From: an uncultured Dehalococcoidales bacterium
Lineage (GTDB): Bacteria; Chloroflexota; Dehalococcoidia; E44-bin15
Assembly (NCBI GenBank): GCA_964448395.1
Contig: CAYUWM010000002.1
Coordinates: 4,010-68,009 of the forward strand
Length of the DNA: 64,000 bases
Direction: 5' to 3'
Part shown: positions 12,584-27,991 of the stretch, one piece after another
Layout of the letters: each line of letters opens with the position of its first letter
Numbering within the stretch: the stretch's first letter is position 1
Notes under the pieces: generated by a model
What the model was told of the DNA's origin: nothing
What the model saw: the letters and a program-made list of their open reading frames with translations, nothing else
Database searches by the model: none
Made by a program: the position numbers and the translations under genes

Positions 12584-13540
12584 TTGAAAATCCTGTTAGT
12601 GGAAGACAACCCCGGAGATACCAGGCTGATACAGGAGATGCTCAGGGAAGCGGAGAATGTACAGTTCGATCTGGTACATGCGGAGAGCCTCGCTGAAGCG
12701 TTCAAGTGCCTGAGCGAGGACAACTTCGATTTGGTCCTGCTCGATCTCGGCCTGCCCGACAGCCAGGGCATCGACACGTTCAACAGGGTATACGCCAAGG
12801 TGCCCGTTGTGCCCATCGTTATACTTACCGGGCTCTCCGACGAGGCGTTCGCCATAACGGCGATGCGCCACGGTGCGCAGGACTACCTCAGCAAAAATGA
12901 TGTAGAGAGCAACCTGCTGGTACGCGTCATGCGCTTCGCCATCGAGCGAAAGAGGCTGGAGGAGCGGATGCGCTTGACCACCGAGTTGACCAAGAAAATC
13001 GGCTCCAGCCTTGACCTCAGCGATGTGCTGGAGACATTCGCCACAGGGATAAAGCGGCTGGTGGATTTTAACCAGGCGACGATCACGCTGGTGGAAGAAG
13101 GAAACCTGAGATTCCTGGCGATATCCGCCAAAGAGAACACCGAGTTCGTCGAGGATGCTGTGGTACCGCTGACGGGCACGCCGACCGAATGGGTGGTTGC
13201 CCATAAAAAAGCCAATGTGGAGGCCGATTTCGCCAAGGAGATGCTATTCCCGTTCGATGACATCCACTTCCAGGAGGGGATGAAATCGGCGATCCGCCTT
13301 CCGCTGTTCGCCAAGGGCGATGTCTTTGGAACGCTGAACTTCAACAGCAGCCAACCGAATGCTTACGGAGAACGGGAGCAGGAGATACTGGAGGAGTTCA
13401 CCGGCCAGATCGCCACTGCTATCAAGAACGACATGCTGCTCACCGAGGCGAAGCAGCGAATAGAGGCGCTAGAGATCGCCTACAGGCAGCTGGCCGATAA
13501 GGCCAAGGCTGCCGCCCAAAGCAGTCAGGATGGGGAGTAG
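12584..13540 (+). CDS. Response-regulator receiver fused to a GAF domain (REC-GAF, no DNA-binding domain)
   Basis: TTG start. N-terminus is [15 protein letters not shown]...LLDLGLPDSQG (REC). The C-terminal about 170 aa look GAF-like. Confidence 0.6.
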   Translation: MKILLVEDNPGDTRLIQEMLREAENVQFDLVHAESLAEAFKCLSEDNFDLVLLDLGLPDSQGIDTFNRVYAKVPVVPIVILTGLSDEAFAITAMRHGAQDYLSKNDVESNLLVRVMRFAIERKRLEERMRLTTELTKKIGSSLDLSDVLETFATGIKRLVDFNQATITLVEEGNLRFLAISAKENTEFVEDAVVPLTGTPTEWVVAHKKANVEADFAKEMLFPFDDIHFQEGMKSAIRLPLFAKGDVFGTLNFNSSQPNAYGEREQEILEEFTGQIATAIKNDMLLTEAKQRIEALEIAYRQLADKAKAAAQSSQDGE

Positions 13541-13562
13541 GCTCAGCCCTGTGCGCCATGCC

Positions 13563-14501
13563 ATGGCCGGGGGGAAGATGCTCGTTGAGGAAGAGCTGAC
13601 CGCGATAAAGCCGGAGGGTGACACGGCGCTCACCGTCGGCGTATTCGACGGGGTACATCGAGGTCACCAATCCCTGATTGCCAGGCTCAATCAGAAGGCT
13701 GCCGCAGAGGGTCTAGTCAGCACAGTGGTTACCTTCAAGCACCATCCCCGTCTGGTACTGAAGCCGCAGTCGCATATTACCCGCTTGACCAGTCTTCAAG
13801 AACGGATTACACTTTTGGAAAGGGTTGGAGTGAGATACGTCGTACCTCTGTCATTCACCCCTGATCTGTCTCAACTGGGTGCCGGAGAGTTCGTCGCGCT
13901 GCTCAGCCGCCATCTGAGAATGAGGGCGCTGCTGATCGGCCCCGATTTCGCGCTGGGAAAGGGGAAACGGGGCGATGCTGAGGCGCTGGCAGCGCTGGGT
14001 GAGGAGTTGAATTTCACTGTTGAAGTGGCGCCGCCTATGGTGTTGAACGGTGAGGTTGTAAGCAGCACCGCAATCCGTAATGCGCTGGCTAAAGGCGATA
14101 TTGGAAAGGCAAATGCATTTTTAGGACGGCACTTCTCGTTGACGGGTCAGGTATCCAGGGGCGATTCACGGGGTAAGACACTCGGGTTCCCAACCGCCAA
14201 TATCGTCCCGCAGCATGGTCAGGCCCTGCCCGCCGATGGGGTTTACGCCGTCAGGGTTTATGTGGGTGATACCGCCTATAATGCAGTGGCAAATATCGGC
14301 CTGCGTCCCACGTTCGGCAGCGAGGAGCGCCTGCTGGAGACCTATTTGCTCGATTTCAACGGTGACCTGTACGGGCAGGAGATCAGGGTAGAGTTTATCG
14401 ACCGGCTGCGGGACGAGATCAGGTTCCCCGATGCCGAGGAGTTGAAGATCCAGATGGCGAGGGATGTGGAACAGGCAGGGGAACTGCTGGGACAATCATG
14501 A
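13563..14501 (+). CDS. ribF: Bifunctional riboflavin kinase / FMN adenylyltransferase
   Basis: VGVFDGVHRGHQ nucleotidyltransferase motif and a C-terminal riboflavin-kinase domain. Start is uncertain (13530, 13563 or 13578). Confidence 0.85.
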   Translation: MAGGKMLVEEELTAIKPEGDTALTVGVFDGVHRGHQSLIARLNQKAAAEGLVSTVVTFKHHPRLVLKPQSHITRLTSLQERITLLERVGVRYVVPLSFTPDLSQLGAGEFVALLSRHLRMRALLIGPDFALGKGKRGDAEALAALGEELNFTVEVAPPMVLNGEVVSSTAIRNALAKGDIGKANAFLGRHFSLTGQVSRGDSRGKTLGFPTANIVPQHGQALPADGVYAVRVYVGDTAYNAVANIGLRPTFGSEERLLETYLLDFNGDLYGQEIRVEFIDRLRDEIRFPDAEELKIQMARDVEQAGELLGQS

Positions 14502-14527
14502 GAAAGAGGGGTTGAATCAAGGAAGCG

Positions 14528-16588
14528 ATGGTGACGAAACCTGACGTTGTGACCCGTAAGCGCCTCCTCAAGCGGGGGGTGTCCGATATCATAGTGGAAG
14601 AAGAACTGATTAAACTTCTCGATTCGGGAAGGAGGCTGCGCCTCAAGCAGGGCTTCGATCCCAGCTGTCCCGACATCCACCTGGGGCACGTAGTCGGGCT
14701 GAGGAAGCTGCGCCAGTTCCAGGAACTGGGCCACGAGGTCATCCTCATCGTCGGGGACTGGACCGCCCAGATCGGTGATCCCAGCGGTGAATCGAAAACC
14801 CGCCCCATGCTGTCCGCAGCCCAGGTGCACGCCAACGCCGAGACCTACATGAAGCAGTTCTTCAAAGTCGTCGACCGCGATAAAACCAGGGTGGTATGGC
14901 AGAGCGAGTGGTTCGAGAAGTTCGACCTTTCCGATGTTATCGCGCTTGCCAGCAGGTTCACCGTCGCCCAGATGCTGCAGAGGGATGATTTCTCCAAGAG
15001 ATACTCATCGGGTCAACCCATCGCCATAACCGAATTCCTCTACCCCCTGCTGCAGGCCTATGACTCGGTGGTTATCGAGGCCGACGTCGAGTTCGGGGGC
15101 ACTGACCAGATGTTCAACTGCCTGGTGGGGCGGGAACTCCAGGAGTACAAGGGATTGCCACCGCAGCAGGTCCTGCTGGTACCCCTGCTGGTGGGCACCG
15201 ACGGCAGCATCAAGATGTCCAAAAGCCTGGACAACTACATCGCAATCGAGGACCCGCCAAACGACATGTACGGCAAGGTGCTCAGCATACCCGATAGGCT
15301 GATAATGGACTACTTCGAGCTGCTGACCGATGTTTCAGACGAGGAGCTCACTATCTTCCGCGGGGCGCTGGAGAACGATTCGGTAAACCCCATGATACTG
15401 AAGAAGCGTCTTGCCCGCGAGCTGGTCTCTCAATTCCACAGCCACCAGGCAGCCCAGGCGGCGGAGCAACAGTTCGAGAAGGTGGTACAGCAGCGTGAAA
15501 TGCCGGAGGACCTCGAAGAATGGCCTGTCTCTTTTGAGGATCTCAAGCTCAGATCGCTATATGAATCCAGTGAGGCCAAGAATATGGATGACCTGCAGGC
15601 CATAGGTGAATCCATCATGGCCCACATCGGCGACAAAAAGACGGGCGATGAGTATGTCAGCGTGACCATCCCGTTCCTGCTGACCGAGGCCAGGCTGGTT
15701 CTGAGCCGCAGCGAGGCCAAGCGCCTGCTATCGCAGGGAGCGGTGGAGGTGGACGGCGTAAAGATAACGGATGACATGGTCAGGATCAAGGACGGCAGCG
15801 TGATCAAGGTGGGGAAGCGCCGATTCAAGAAGATCGTCAATTCCGATGAGCAGCCAAAGAACAACGCCCATGCCGCACCCAGGGTTGAAGTGAAGCGGGA
15901 GGAAACGCCAAAGAAAATCGAACCAATAGAGAGCGATGCTGCCCCGGCTGCAAAAGGCCAGAAGAGGGATATTGCGAAGTGGCTGGTCGATAACCGGATG
16001 GTCAGGAGCGCCAACGAGGTCAAGCGGCTTATTTCACAGGGCACCGTTCAGATAATACGCGAGAACGGAAGCAGGCAGGTTTTATCCGACAGCGAGGTCG
16101 CCATCCAGCCCGGCGATGTGGTTAAATTCGGCCAGCGCCGTTTCGCCAAAATAGTGGATCCCGAAGGCAGAGAGGCCTCGGATGCCGCTAATGATACTGG
16201 CGTTAAGGAGCATACAGGGGGAGCGCATCAGGAGGTATCCGATTTCCGCATCTCATTTGCCGAGCTGCAGGATGAGGCCATGCTGGCCGCCGCCAGGGAG
16301 TCCCGTGCCGGCGACCTGACGTCGTTGAAAGACCCCATCGCCGGCGAAGCCGATTATCTTGAGCGGAGCCTGTCGCCGCAATCCGTAGCGCTGACCGTCA
16401 ACTTCATCCTGTTCAAAACGGGGCTGGTGCTGACCCCCCGTGAGGTCAAGCGCCTCCTCTCTCAGGGAGCGGTTCAGATAGACGGGGAAGTGCTGATACA
16501 GGATACGGCGATCATTGGGGACAACAGCATTATCACAGTAAGCGGCCGCGGTTCGGTAAGGATCGTCAACTCCGACAGGCGCATATGA
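14528..16588 (+). CDS. tyrS: Tyrosine--tRNA ligase with an extended C-terminus carrying three S4-like repeats
   Basis: HLGH (HIGH) and KMSKS motifs are present. The catalytic part is about 400 aa, followed by three copies of an approximately 55-aa S4-like unit (KRLLSQGAV...V..G.RRF.KIV). Confidence 0.85.
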   Translation: MVTKPDVVTRKRLLKRGVSDIIVEEELIKLLDSGRRLRLKQGFDPSCPDIHLGHVVGLRKLRQFQELGHEVILIVGDWTAQIGDPSGESKTRPMLSAAQVHANAETYMKQFFKVVDRDKTRVVWQSEWFEKFDLSDVIALASRFTVAQMLQRDDFSKRYSSGQPIAITEFLYPLLQAYDSVVIEADVEFGGTDQMFNCLVGRELQEYKGLPPQQVLLVPLLVGTDGSIKMSKSLDNYIAIEDPPNDMYGKVLSIPDRLIMDYFELLTDVSDEELTIFRGALENDSVNPMILKKRLARELVSQFHSHQAAQAAEQQFEKVVQQREMPEDLEEWPVSFEDLKLRSLYESSEAKNMDDLQAIGESIMAHIGDKKTGDEYVSVTIPFLLTEARLVLSRSEAKRLLSQGAVEVDGVKITDDMVRIKDGSVIKVGKRRFKKIVNSDEQPKNNAHAAPRVEVKREETPKKIEPIESDAAPAAKGQKRDIAKWLVDNRMVRSANEVKRLISQGTVQIIRENGSRQVLSDSEVAIQPGDVVKFGQRRFAKIVDPEGREASDAANDTGVKEHTGGAHQEVSDFRISFAELQDEAMLAAARESRAGDLTSLKDPIAGEADYLERSLSPQSVALTVNFILFKTGLVLTPREVKRLLSQGAVQIDGEVLIQDTAIIGDNSIITVSGRGSVRIVNSDRRI

Positions 16589-16703
16589 AGCGGCACAATA
16601 TCGGCACCCTTTCTGTAATTGCCATCTAGGCAAACCCGGGAATGCTGTTTCCTACTTCCTAATGCCATGGATTAACGGTATAATATCAGCGAACTATTGA
16701 ATT

Positions 16704-17813
16704 ATGGAGGAAACCATGGAGAAAAGCGTTCAGCTGCGTATTCCCGGCCCTACGCCTATACCCCAGGAAATACTGAATACCTTATCGCGGCAGATGATCA
16801 ATCACCGCGGCCCCGAGTTCGCGGAGATTATTAAGAGGATAACCGAGCTGCTCAAGGAGATGTTCCAGACCAAAGGGGACATCTTCCTGCTCACCTGCTC
16901 CGGTACCGGGGGCATGGAGGCAGCTATCGTGAACACCCTCTCGCCCGGGGACAGGGTGCTATCGGCATCCAACGGGGCCTTCGGCGACCGGTTTGCCGAT
17001 ATAGCCGAGATGTTCGGCGCCCGGGTGGAGAGGCTCACCTTCGAGTGGGGAACAGCGGTCGACCCCGAGGAGGTGCGTAAATCCCTGTCGAACAACCCCG
17101 ATGTCAAGGCGGTGCTGGTGACCCACAACGAGACCTCCACCGGCGTGACCAGCGATCTGGAAGCGATAAGCAAGGTGGTCAGAGAGCACGAGAAACTGCT
17201 CTTAGTGGACGCCATCAGCGGACTGGGTTCCATCGACCTGCCCACCGACAAGTGGGGCTGCGATGTAGTGATCACCGCCTCGCAGAAGGGTTGGATGGTC
17301 CCGCCCGGTCTGGCAATGGTCAGCGTGAGCCAGCGGGCATGGCAGGCTAACGCCCAGGCCAAGATGCCCAGATTCTACTGGGATTTCGCCAAGGCCAAGA
17401 AGTTCCTGGATAAAGGCCAGACCCCGTGGACCCCTTCCGTCTCTGCCATATACGCCCTGGATGTCGCGCTTGAGATGTTCAAACAGGAGGGGCTGAAAAA
17501 CATCTTCGCCCGCCACAAGCTCCTGGGAGCGAAGTCGCGGCAGGCGATGAAAGAGCTGGGGCTGTCGCTGTTCCCCAGAGACGAGCGCTACGCCTCCAAC
17601 ACCATTACCGCGGTCAGCGTCCCTGACGGGGTTGACGGCAAGAAGCTGCTCAAGATCCTGCGCGAGGAATACAACACCGTACTCTCCGGGGGGCAGCAGA
17701 AGCTGGACGGAAAGATCTTCCGCATCGGTCACCTGGGCTACGTGAGCGAGAGCGACATCAATATAACCGTAGAGGCGATAAAAGCGGCACTTCCCCAGGC
17801 GAGTTCCTCTTGA
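16704..17813 (+). CDS. Class V PLP-dependent aminotransferase (AGXT/SerC-like), probable phosphoserine aminotransferase
   Basis: The overall sequence resembles the class V aminotransferase fold. It sits two genes upstream of serA. The substrate assignment is inference. Confidence 0.65.
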   Translation: MEETMEKSVQLRIPGPTPIPQEILNTLSRQMINHRGPEFAEIIKRITELLKEMFQTKGDIFLLTCSGTGGMEAAIVNTLSPGDRVLSASNGAFGDRFADIAEMFGARVERLTFEWGTAVDPEEVRKSLSNNPDVKAVLVTHNETSTGVTSDLEAISKVVREHEKLLLVDAISGLGSIDLPTDKWGCDVVITASQKGWMVPPGLAMVSVSQRAWQANAQAKMPRFYWDFAKAKKFLDKGQTPWTPSVSAIYALDVALEMFKQEGLKNIFARHKLLGAKSRQAMKELGLSLFPRDERYASNTITAVSVPDGVDGKKLLKILREEYNTVLSGGQQKLDGKIFRIGHLGYVSESDINITVEAIKAALPQASSS

Positions 17814-17836
17814 GGAAATGACCAGGAGGTGGTGAA

Positions 17837-18094
17837 ATGGAAGTAAAGGATATCGGGGTCGGCGCCCGGATGGGGATGCGGGGGCTGAAGTACAGGGGAA
17901 TCATCGAGATCACCGAGGACCCAAAGAGCGGGGATTTCATCCTGATCATAGGCAATGGCCTGCGCGAGAAGTGGTACCGCAAGTGGCTCAAAGTTAACCT
18001 CCCCCGGGGAATGTGGCAGGTAACGTGCAAAAAGGAGGAGGTTCCTGAGGCGTTAAATAAATTCCTCGCCGAGAACATCCTCAATCAAGAATAA
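17837..18094 (+). CDS. Small hypothetical protein (85 aa)
   Basis: A strong RBS (AGGAGGTGGTGAAATG) precedes it. No recognisable domain. Confidence 0.4.
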   Translation: MEVKDIGVGARMGMRGLKYRGIIEITEDPKSGDFILIIGNGLREKWYRKWLKVNLPRGMWQVTCKKEEVPEALNKFLAENILNQE

Positions 18095-18114
18095 GATATG
18101 ATCGAAGGTGGTTT

Positions 18115-21736
<3,622 letters not shown>

Positions 21737-21760
21737 CGATAGCGGAAAGGAGACCGTAGA

Positions 21761-22204
21761 TTGTCCAAGGTATTAATCGTTTTTCATTCGCTGACCGGTA
21801 ACACGGAGGAGATGGCCCGGGCGGTGGCCGAAGGGGCACGCTCGGTGCCGGGCACCGAGGTTATCGTCAAAAAGGCCTTCGATGCCAGCGCCGATGACCT
21901 GCTGAACGCCGATGTGGCGGTATTCGGCACATCCACAAACTTCGGCTACATATCCGGCGGCCTCAAGGACTTCTTCGACCGCAGCCTCATGATCTGCCAG
22001 GAGAAGTGCGCCGACAAGCCCTACTGCACCTTCACCAGCAGCGGTATGGGGAAGCGCAAGGCGCTGGACGTCCTCGACAGCATATGCGGCATGGGCTTCA
22101 AGATGAAGAAGGCGGACGAAGGTATCATGGCCCAGGGCAAGGCAACCCCCGAGACACTCGGCGAGCTGCGGGAGATGGGCAAGCGCATCGCCACCGCCGG
22201 TTAG
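21761..22204 (+). CDS. Flavodoxin-like FMN-binding protein
   Basis: N-terminus is LIVFHSLTGNTEEMA. The 147-aa length fits a flavodoxin. TTG start. Confidence 0.6.
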   Translation: MSKVLIVFHSLTGNTEEMARAVAEGARSVPGTEVIVKKAFDASADDLLNADVAVFGTSTNFGYISGGLKDFFDRSLMICQEKCADKPYCTFTSSGMGKRKALDVLDSICGMGFKMKKADEGIMAQGKATPETLGELREMGKRIATAG

Positions 22205-22234
22205 GTGAGGCTATCGATATCAAGAGTTGAAACG

Positions 22235-22801
22235 ATGAAACTGATCGTCGGGCTGGGCAACCCGGGGAAGGCCTATGCCGGCAACCGCCATAACGTGGGG
22301 TTCCGCTGCATCGACCGCCTCGCCGCAGAGCACCGCATCCCGGTCAGGGAGCGCAGGCTGAGGCTGAAGCCGATAAAGGCGGTGTTCGGCCGGGGCGAGG
22401 TCGCCGTCACGCCGGTGGTGCTGGCCAAGCCGCTAACGTTCATGAACCTCAGCGGCACAGCGGTGGCGCAGCTGGTGCGCCGCCTCGGCGTATCGCCCGA
22501 TGACGTTATCGTGATTCACGATGACATGGACCTGCCATTGGGCAAGCTCCGCATCCGCCGCGGCGGCTCCGCCGGGGGACACAAGGGCGTAACGTCGGTC
22601 ATCGACTCGCTGGGCAGCGACGGGTTCATCCGCATCCGCATCGGCATCGGCCGACCCGACGGCGACGAGATTGCCCACGTGCTGGGCGACTTCACTGCGG
22701 AGGAGAAAAGCATGGTTACTGAAACCGTCGAGCGGGCCGCCGGGGCCGTAAGCTGCATCCTCGGCGACGGCATCGAGGCGGCGATGAACCGTTACAACTA
22801 G
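22235..22801 (+). CDS. pth: Peptidyl-tRNA hydrolase
   Basis: N-terminus is MKLIVGLGNPGKAYAGNRHNVGF. Confidence 0.9.
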   Translation: MKLIVGLGNPGKAYAGNRHNVGFRCIDRLAAEHRIPVRERRLRLKPIKAVFGRGEVAVTPVVLAKPLTFMNLSGTAVAQLVRRLGVSPDDVIVIHDDMDLPLGKLRIRRGGSAGGHKGVTSVIDSLGSDGFIRIRIGIGRPDGDEIAHVLGDFTAEEKSMVTETVERAAGAVSCILGDGIEAAMNRYN

Positions 22802-22861
22802 CGCCCGCTCTCGCCGCGGTTGCCCCGAAGCGCTCCGAAGGTGTATAATTATCTTCCCTTG

Positions 22862-24655
<1,794 letters not shown>

Positions 24656-24656
<1 letters not shown>

Positions 24657-25810
24657 TGAAAGTCTTTGAAAAAAGATGGGTAGAAGAAATAAGGCAACGT
24701 TATGGCTCCATATCAAAATATACACGCCCTTTTATAGCTTTTCTAGCACTCGAACCAAGAGCTGCAGGAGAAAGAAAAAGGATTGAAGAATGGTTTCAAA
24801 CAATTCCAGACGAGATGAAACCTGACTTTCTGAGCAGGCTGAGAAGTAAAGATGAGAAACAACATTTCAGCGCCTATTATGAATTGCTGTTACGTAGCTT
24901 TTTTCAAAGTAGAGGATTAGATGTTACACTAAATCCCAGTTTAGAAGAGGGAAAACCTGATTTGTTGATAAATGGAATTGAATTAACAAGTCCCTTAATA
25001 GTTGAAGTTGCCACGATTTTTGATGATCCTGATTTCGAAAAGGAATCTCGAAGGCTCAATTTAATCTTAGAGAAGTTAGAGGACATAAAGCACTATTTCT
25101 TCATAATAATATCCGTTACTTCAAGCATCCCGGAACACGTAGATTACAGAAAGCTCGTAAAATTTATAAGAAAATGGCTTGATAGTTATGATCCTCGTAC
25201 AACAACGTCAGAGAAAGATACTACTTATCGAGAAGAGGGATTAGATTTGAAGTTAACCTTGATCCCAAAGCGAACCTTGAGAAGAACATCAATTATTGGA
25301 GGATATATGCCTCCCATCAGACACGTCTCTACAGTTCAACTAAGACGTGCAATAGAGAAGAAGATTCAAAAATACAAGAGTATCAAGAAAGATAAATTAC
25401 CATTCATTGTTGCCACTTGCTTGCACAAAGATACCTTTGTGGGAGAAGAAGAAGCCATTCAGGTCCTGTTTGGACAAGAGATTTATACTATCGATTTGAG
25501 AAGTGGAAAAACTGCAGCAACTACTAGGGATTTAAGTGGTTTGCTTACACATAAGCCAGGATTGGGTGATTTGGCTCAAAACACAAGGTTAAGTGCATTG
25601 CTTCTAGTTACCAGCAAATGGGTAATACAAGAAAAGAACAAAAGTGAACACAGAGCGCATCACTTACATTTAATACGTAATCCAAATGCGGCTGTGCCAT
25701 TGTGTTTTGACCCTTTCGGTGGCTATCCTCAACTAGTCAAAGTTTCAGAAACCTCTGACAAATATGAGTTGAAATGGCTTGATAAAGAGACGGGGAAAAC
25801 CTTCGTCTGA
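24656..25810 (+). CDS. AT-rich hypothetical protein (about 384 aa), likely horizontally acquired
   Basis: The ATG overlaps the eno stop (TGATG). GC drops to roughly 35-40%, against 60% or more in the flanks. No recognisable domain, apart from a weak PD...EVA nuclease-like motif. Confidence 0.6.
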
Positions 25811-25830
25811 TTGTCTAGCAAAGCATAGAT

Positions 25831-26862
25831 ATGAAAAACATCGGCATAACCACCACGGTCCCCACGGAAGTCCTGCTGGCCGCGGGATACCGGCCCGTTG
25901 ACCTGAACAATGTGTTTATCTCCGACCCCGAACCCCGGCACTTCGTGGACATAGCCGAGCAGGACGGCTTCCCGGTGAACTGCTGCGCCTGGATCAAGGG
26001 CATGTACGGCGTGGCCATAGAACAGTGCATCGATACGGTCATGTGCGTCACCACCGGCGACTGCTCCAACACCGAGATGCTGATGGAGGTGCTGCGCCTC
26101 AAGGGGGTCAACGCCGTACCCTTCGCCTACCCGCAGAAGCCCGACGCCACCCAGATGCGGTACTGCCTGGAGTCGCTGGCCGAGGCGCTGGGCACCACGC
26201 TGGAAGCGGCGGAGCGCGAGCGAGAGAGGCTGGAACGGGCGCGGGGGATGGCGCGGGAGCTGGATGAACTGACGTGGCAGGACGGCGTGGTCAGCGGCTT
26301 TGAGAACCACTACTGGCTGGTGTCCGCCTCCGACTTCAACGGCGACGTCGTCAGCTACGAGAAAGGGCTGGAGAAACTGCTGGAGGAGTGCCGCAGCAGG
26401 AAGCCGTACCCCAACGATACCCTGCGCCTGGCCTTCATCGGCGTGCCCCCTATCTTCGGCAGTGACCTCTACGACTTCGTAGAGCGCAACGGGGCGCGCA
26501 TCGTCTTCAACGAGACGCAGCGCCAGTTCGCCATGCCGCATCGATGCGAGGACCTGGCCCAGCAGTATTCGAAGTACACCTATCCGTACTCTTTATCCGC
26601 TAAACTGGATGATATCTTGCCCCAACTGCAACAGCGGCGGGCGGACGGCGTGATACACTACGTTCAGACCTTCTGCCACCGCGGCATCGGCAACATCGTC
26701 TTCCGCCACCGCATCGAGACGCCCATATTGACGCTGGAGGGCAACAACGACTACACTTTGTCCCAGCAGGCCAAAACCAGGATAGAGACTTTTCTGGAGG
26801 TGCTGGACGGCCGGCGTCCGAGTGTCCAAGCACTTCCACATGACCCGGTACCGAGGCGATAA
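25831..26862 (+). CDS. 2-hydroxyacyl-CoA dehydratase D-component family protein (HgdB/BcrB-like)
   Basis: Cys-rich with family-like spacing (CCAW, TTGDC, FCHRG). No partner subunit or activase lies nearby. Confidence 0.45.
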   Translation: MKNIGITTTVPTEVLLAAGYRPVDLNNVFISDPEPRHFVDIAEQDGFPVNCCAWIKGMYGVAIEQCIDTVMCVTTGDCSNTEMLMEVLRLKGVNAVPFAYPQKPDATQMRYCLESLAEALGTTLEAAERERERLERARGMARELDELTWQDGVVSGFENHYWLVSASDFNGDVVSYEKGLEKLLEECRSRKPYPNDTLRLAFIGVPPIFGSDLYDFVERNGARIVFNETQRQFAMPHRCEDLAQQYSKYTYPYSLSAKLDDILPQLQQRRADGVIHYVQTFCHRGIGNIVFRHRIETPILTLEGNNDYTLSQQAKTRIETFLEVLDGRRPSVQALPHDPVPRR

Positions 26863-26877
26863 GAAAGGAGTTTTTAT

Positions 26878-27891
26878 ATGGCAACAAAGGTCGGCATAAA
26901 CGGGTTCGGCAGGATCGGCAGGCAGATACTCAAGGCGGTCATCGAGAACTACAAAGGCAAGCTGGAGGTGGTGGCCCTCAACGACCTCACCGACACCAAG
27001 ACCAACGCCCACCTCTTCCGCTACGACTCCAACTACGGCGGGTATCAGGGTAAGGTGGAGGCTACCGAGGACTCCATCGTCATCGACGGCAATAAGGTGA
27101 AGGTGATCTCCGAGCGCGATCCGGGCAAGATACCGTGGAGCGACTACGGCATAGAGCTGGTGGTGGAGTCCACCGGCCTGTTCACCAAGGCCGAGAAGGC
27201 GTCGGCCCACATGCAGGGCGGTGCCAAGAAGGTGATCATCACCGCCCCGGCCAAGGGGGAGGACCTGACCGTGGTGCTGGGGGTCAACGAGAAAACCTAC
27301 GACCCCAAGAAGCACCACATCATATCCAACGCCTCCTGCACCACCAACTGCATCGCACCGGTGGCCAAGGTGCTGAACGACAACTTCGGCATTGAGAAAG
27401 GGCTTATGTCCACCATCCACGCCTACACCAACGACCAGCGCATCCTCGACCAGGTGCACAGCGACCTGCGTCGGGCGCGCTCGGCGGCCATGAGCATCAT
27501 CCCCACCACCACCGGCGCCGCCAAGGCGGTCACCGTGGTCATCCCCGAACTGGCGGGCAAGATCCACGGCATGGCCTACCGCGTCCCCACCCCCACCGTC
27601 TCGGTGGTGGACTTCGTCGCCGACCTGGGCAAAGGGGCCACTGCGGACGATGTTAACGCCGCCCTAAAGAAGGCGTCCAAAGGGCAGCTCAAGGGCATCC
27701 TCGGCTACTGCGAAGAGGAGCTGGTGAGCATAGACTTCAAGGGCAACCCGCTGAGTTCGATCGTGGACGCGCCCTCGACCATGGTCATCGGCGGGAATAT
27801 GGTGAAGGTGCTCGCGTGGTACGACAACGAGTGGGCCTACGCCTGCCGCGTCGCCGACCTGCTCAGCTTCATCGCCGGGAAAGGGCTGTGA
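26878..27891 (+). CDS. gap: Glyceraldehyde-3-phosphate dehydrogenase
   Basis: N-terminus is INGFGRIGR. Active site is SNASCTTNC. Confidence 0.95.
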   Translation: MATKVGINGFGRIGRQILKAVIENYKGKLEVVALNDLTDTKTNAHLFRYDSNYGGYQGKVEATEDSIVIDGNKVKVISERDPGKIPWSDYGIELVVESTGLFTKAEKASAHMQGGAKKVIITAPAKGEDLTVVLGVNEKTYDPKKHHIISNASCTTNCIAPVAKVLNDNFGIEKGLMSTIHAYTNDQRILDQVHSDLRRARSAAMSIIPTTTGAAKAVTVVIPELAGKIHGMAYRVPTPTVSVVDFVADLGKGATADDVNAALKKASKGQLKGILGYCEEELVSIDFKGNPLSSIVDAPSTMVIGGNMVKVLAWYDNEWAYACRVADLLSFIAGKGL

Positions 27892-27912
27892 CCATTACGA
27901 TCGAAACCGGAT

Positions 27913-27941
27913 TTGGCAAAGGAGTCGATTTGCGCTATAAT
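27913..27941 (+). promoter_or_regulatory. Sigma-70-like promoter, TTGGCA-17 nt-TATAAT
   Basis: Read directly, about 50 nt upstream of the 27992 GTG start. Confidence 0.45.
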
Positions 27942-27991
27942 GCACAACGTATGACCCTCAACATGTTTTACAGTATTAGAGGAGGAACCCC

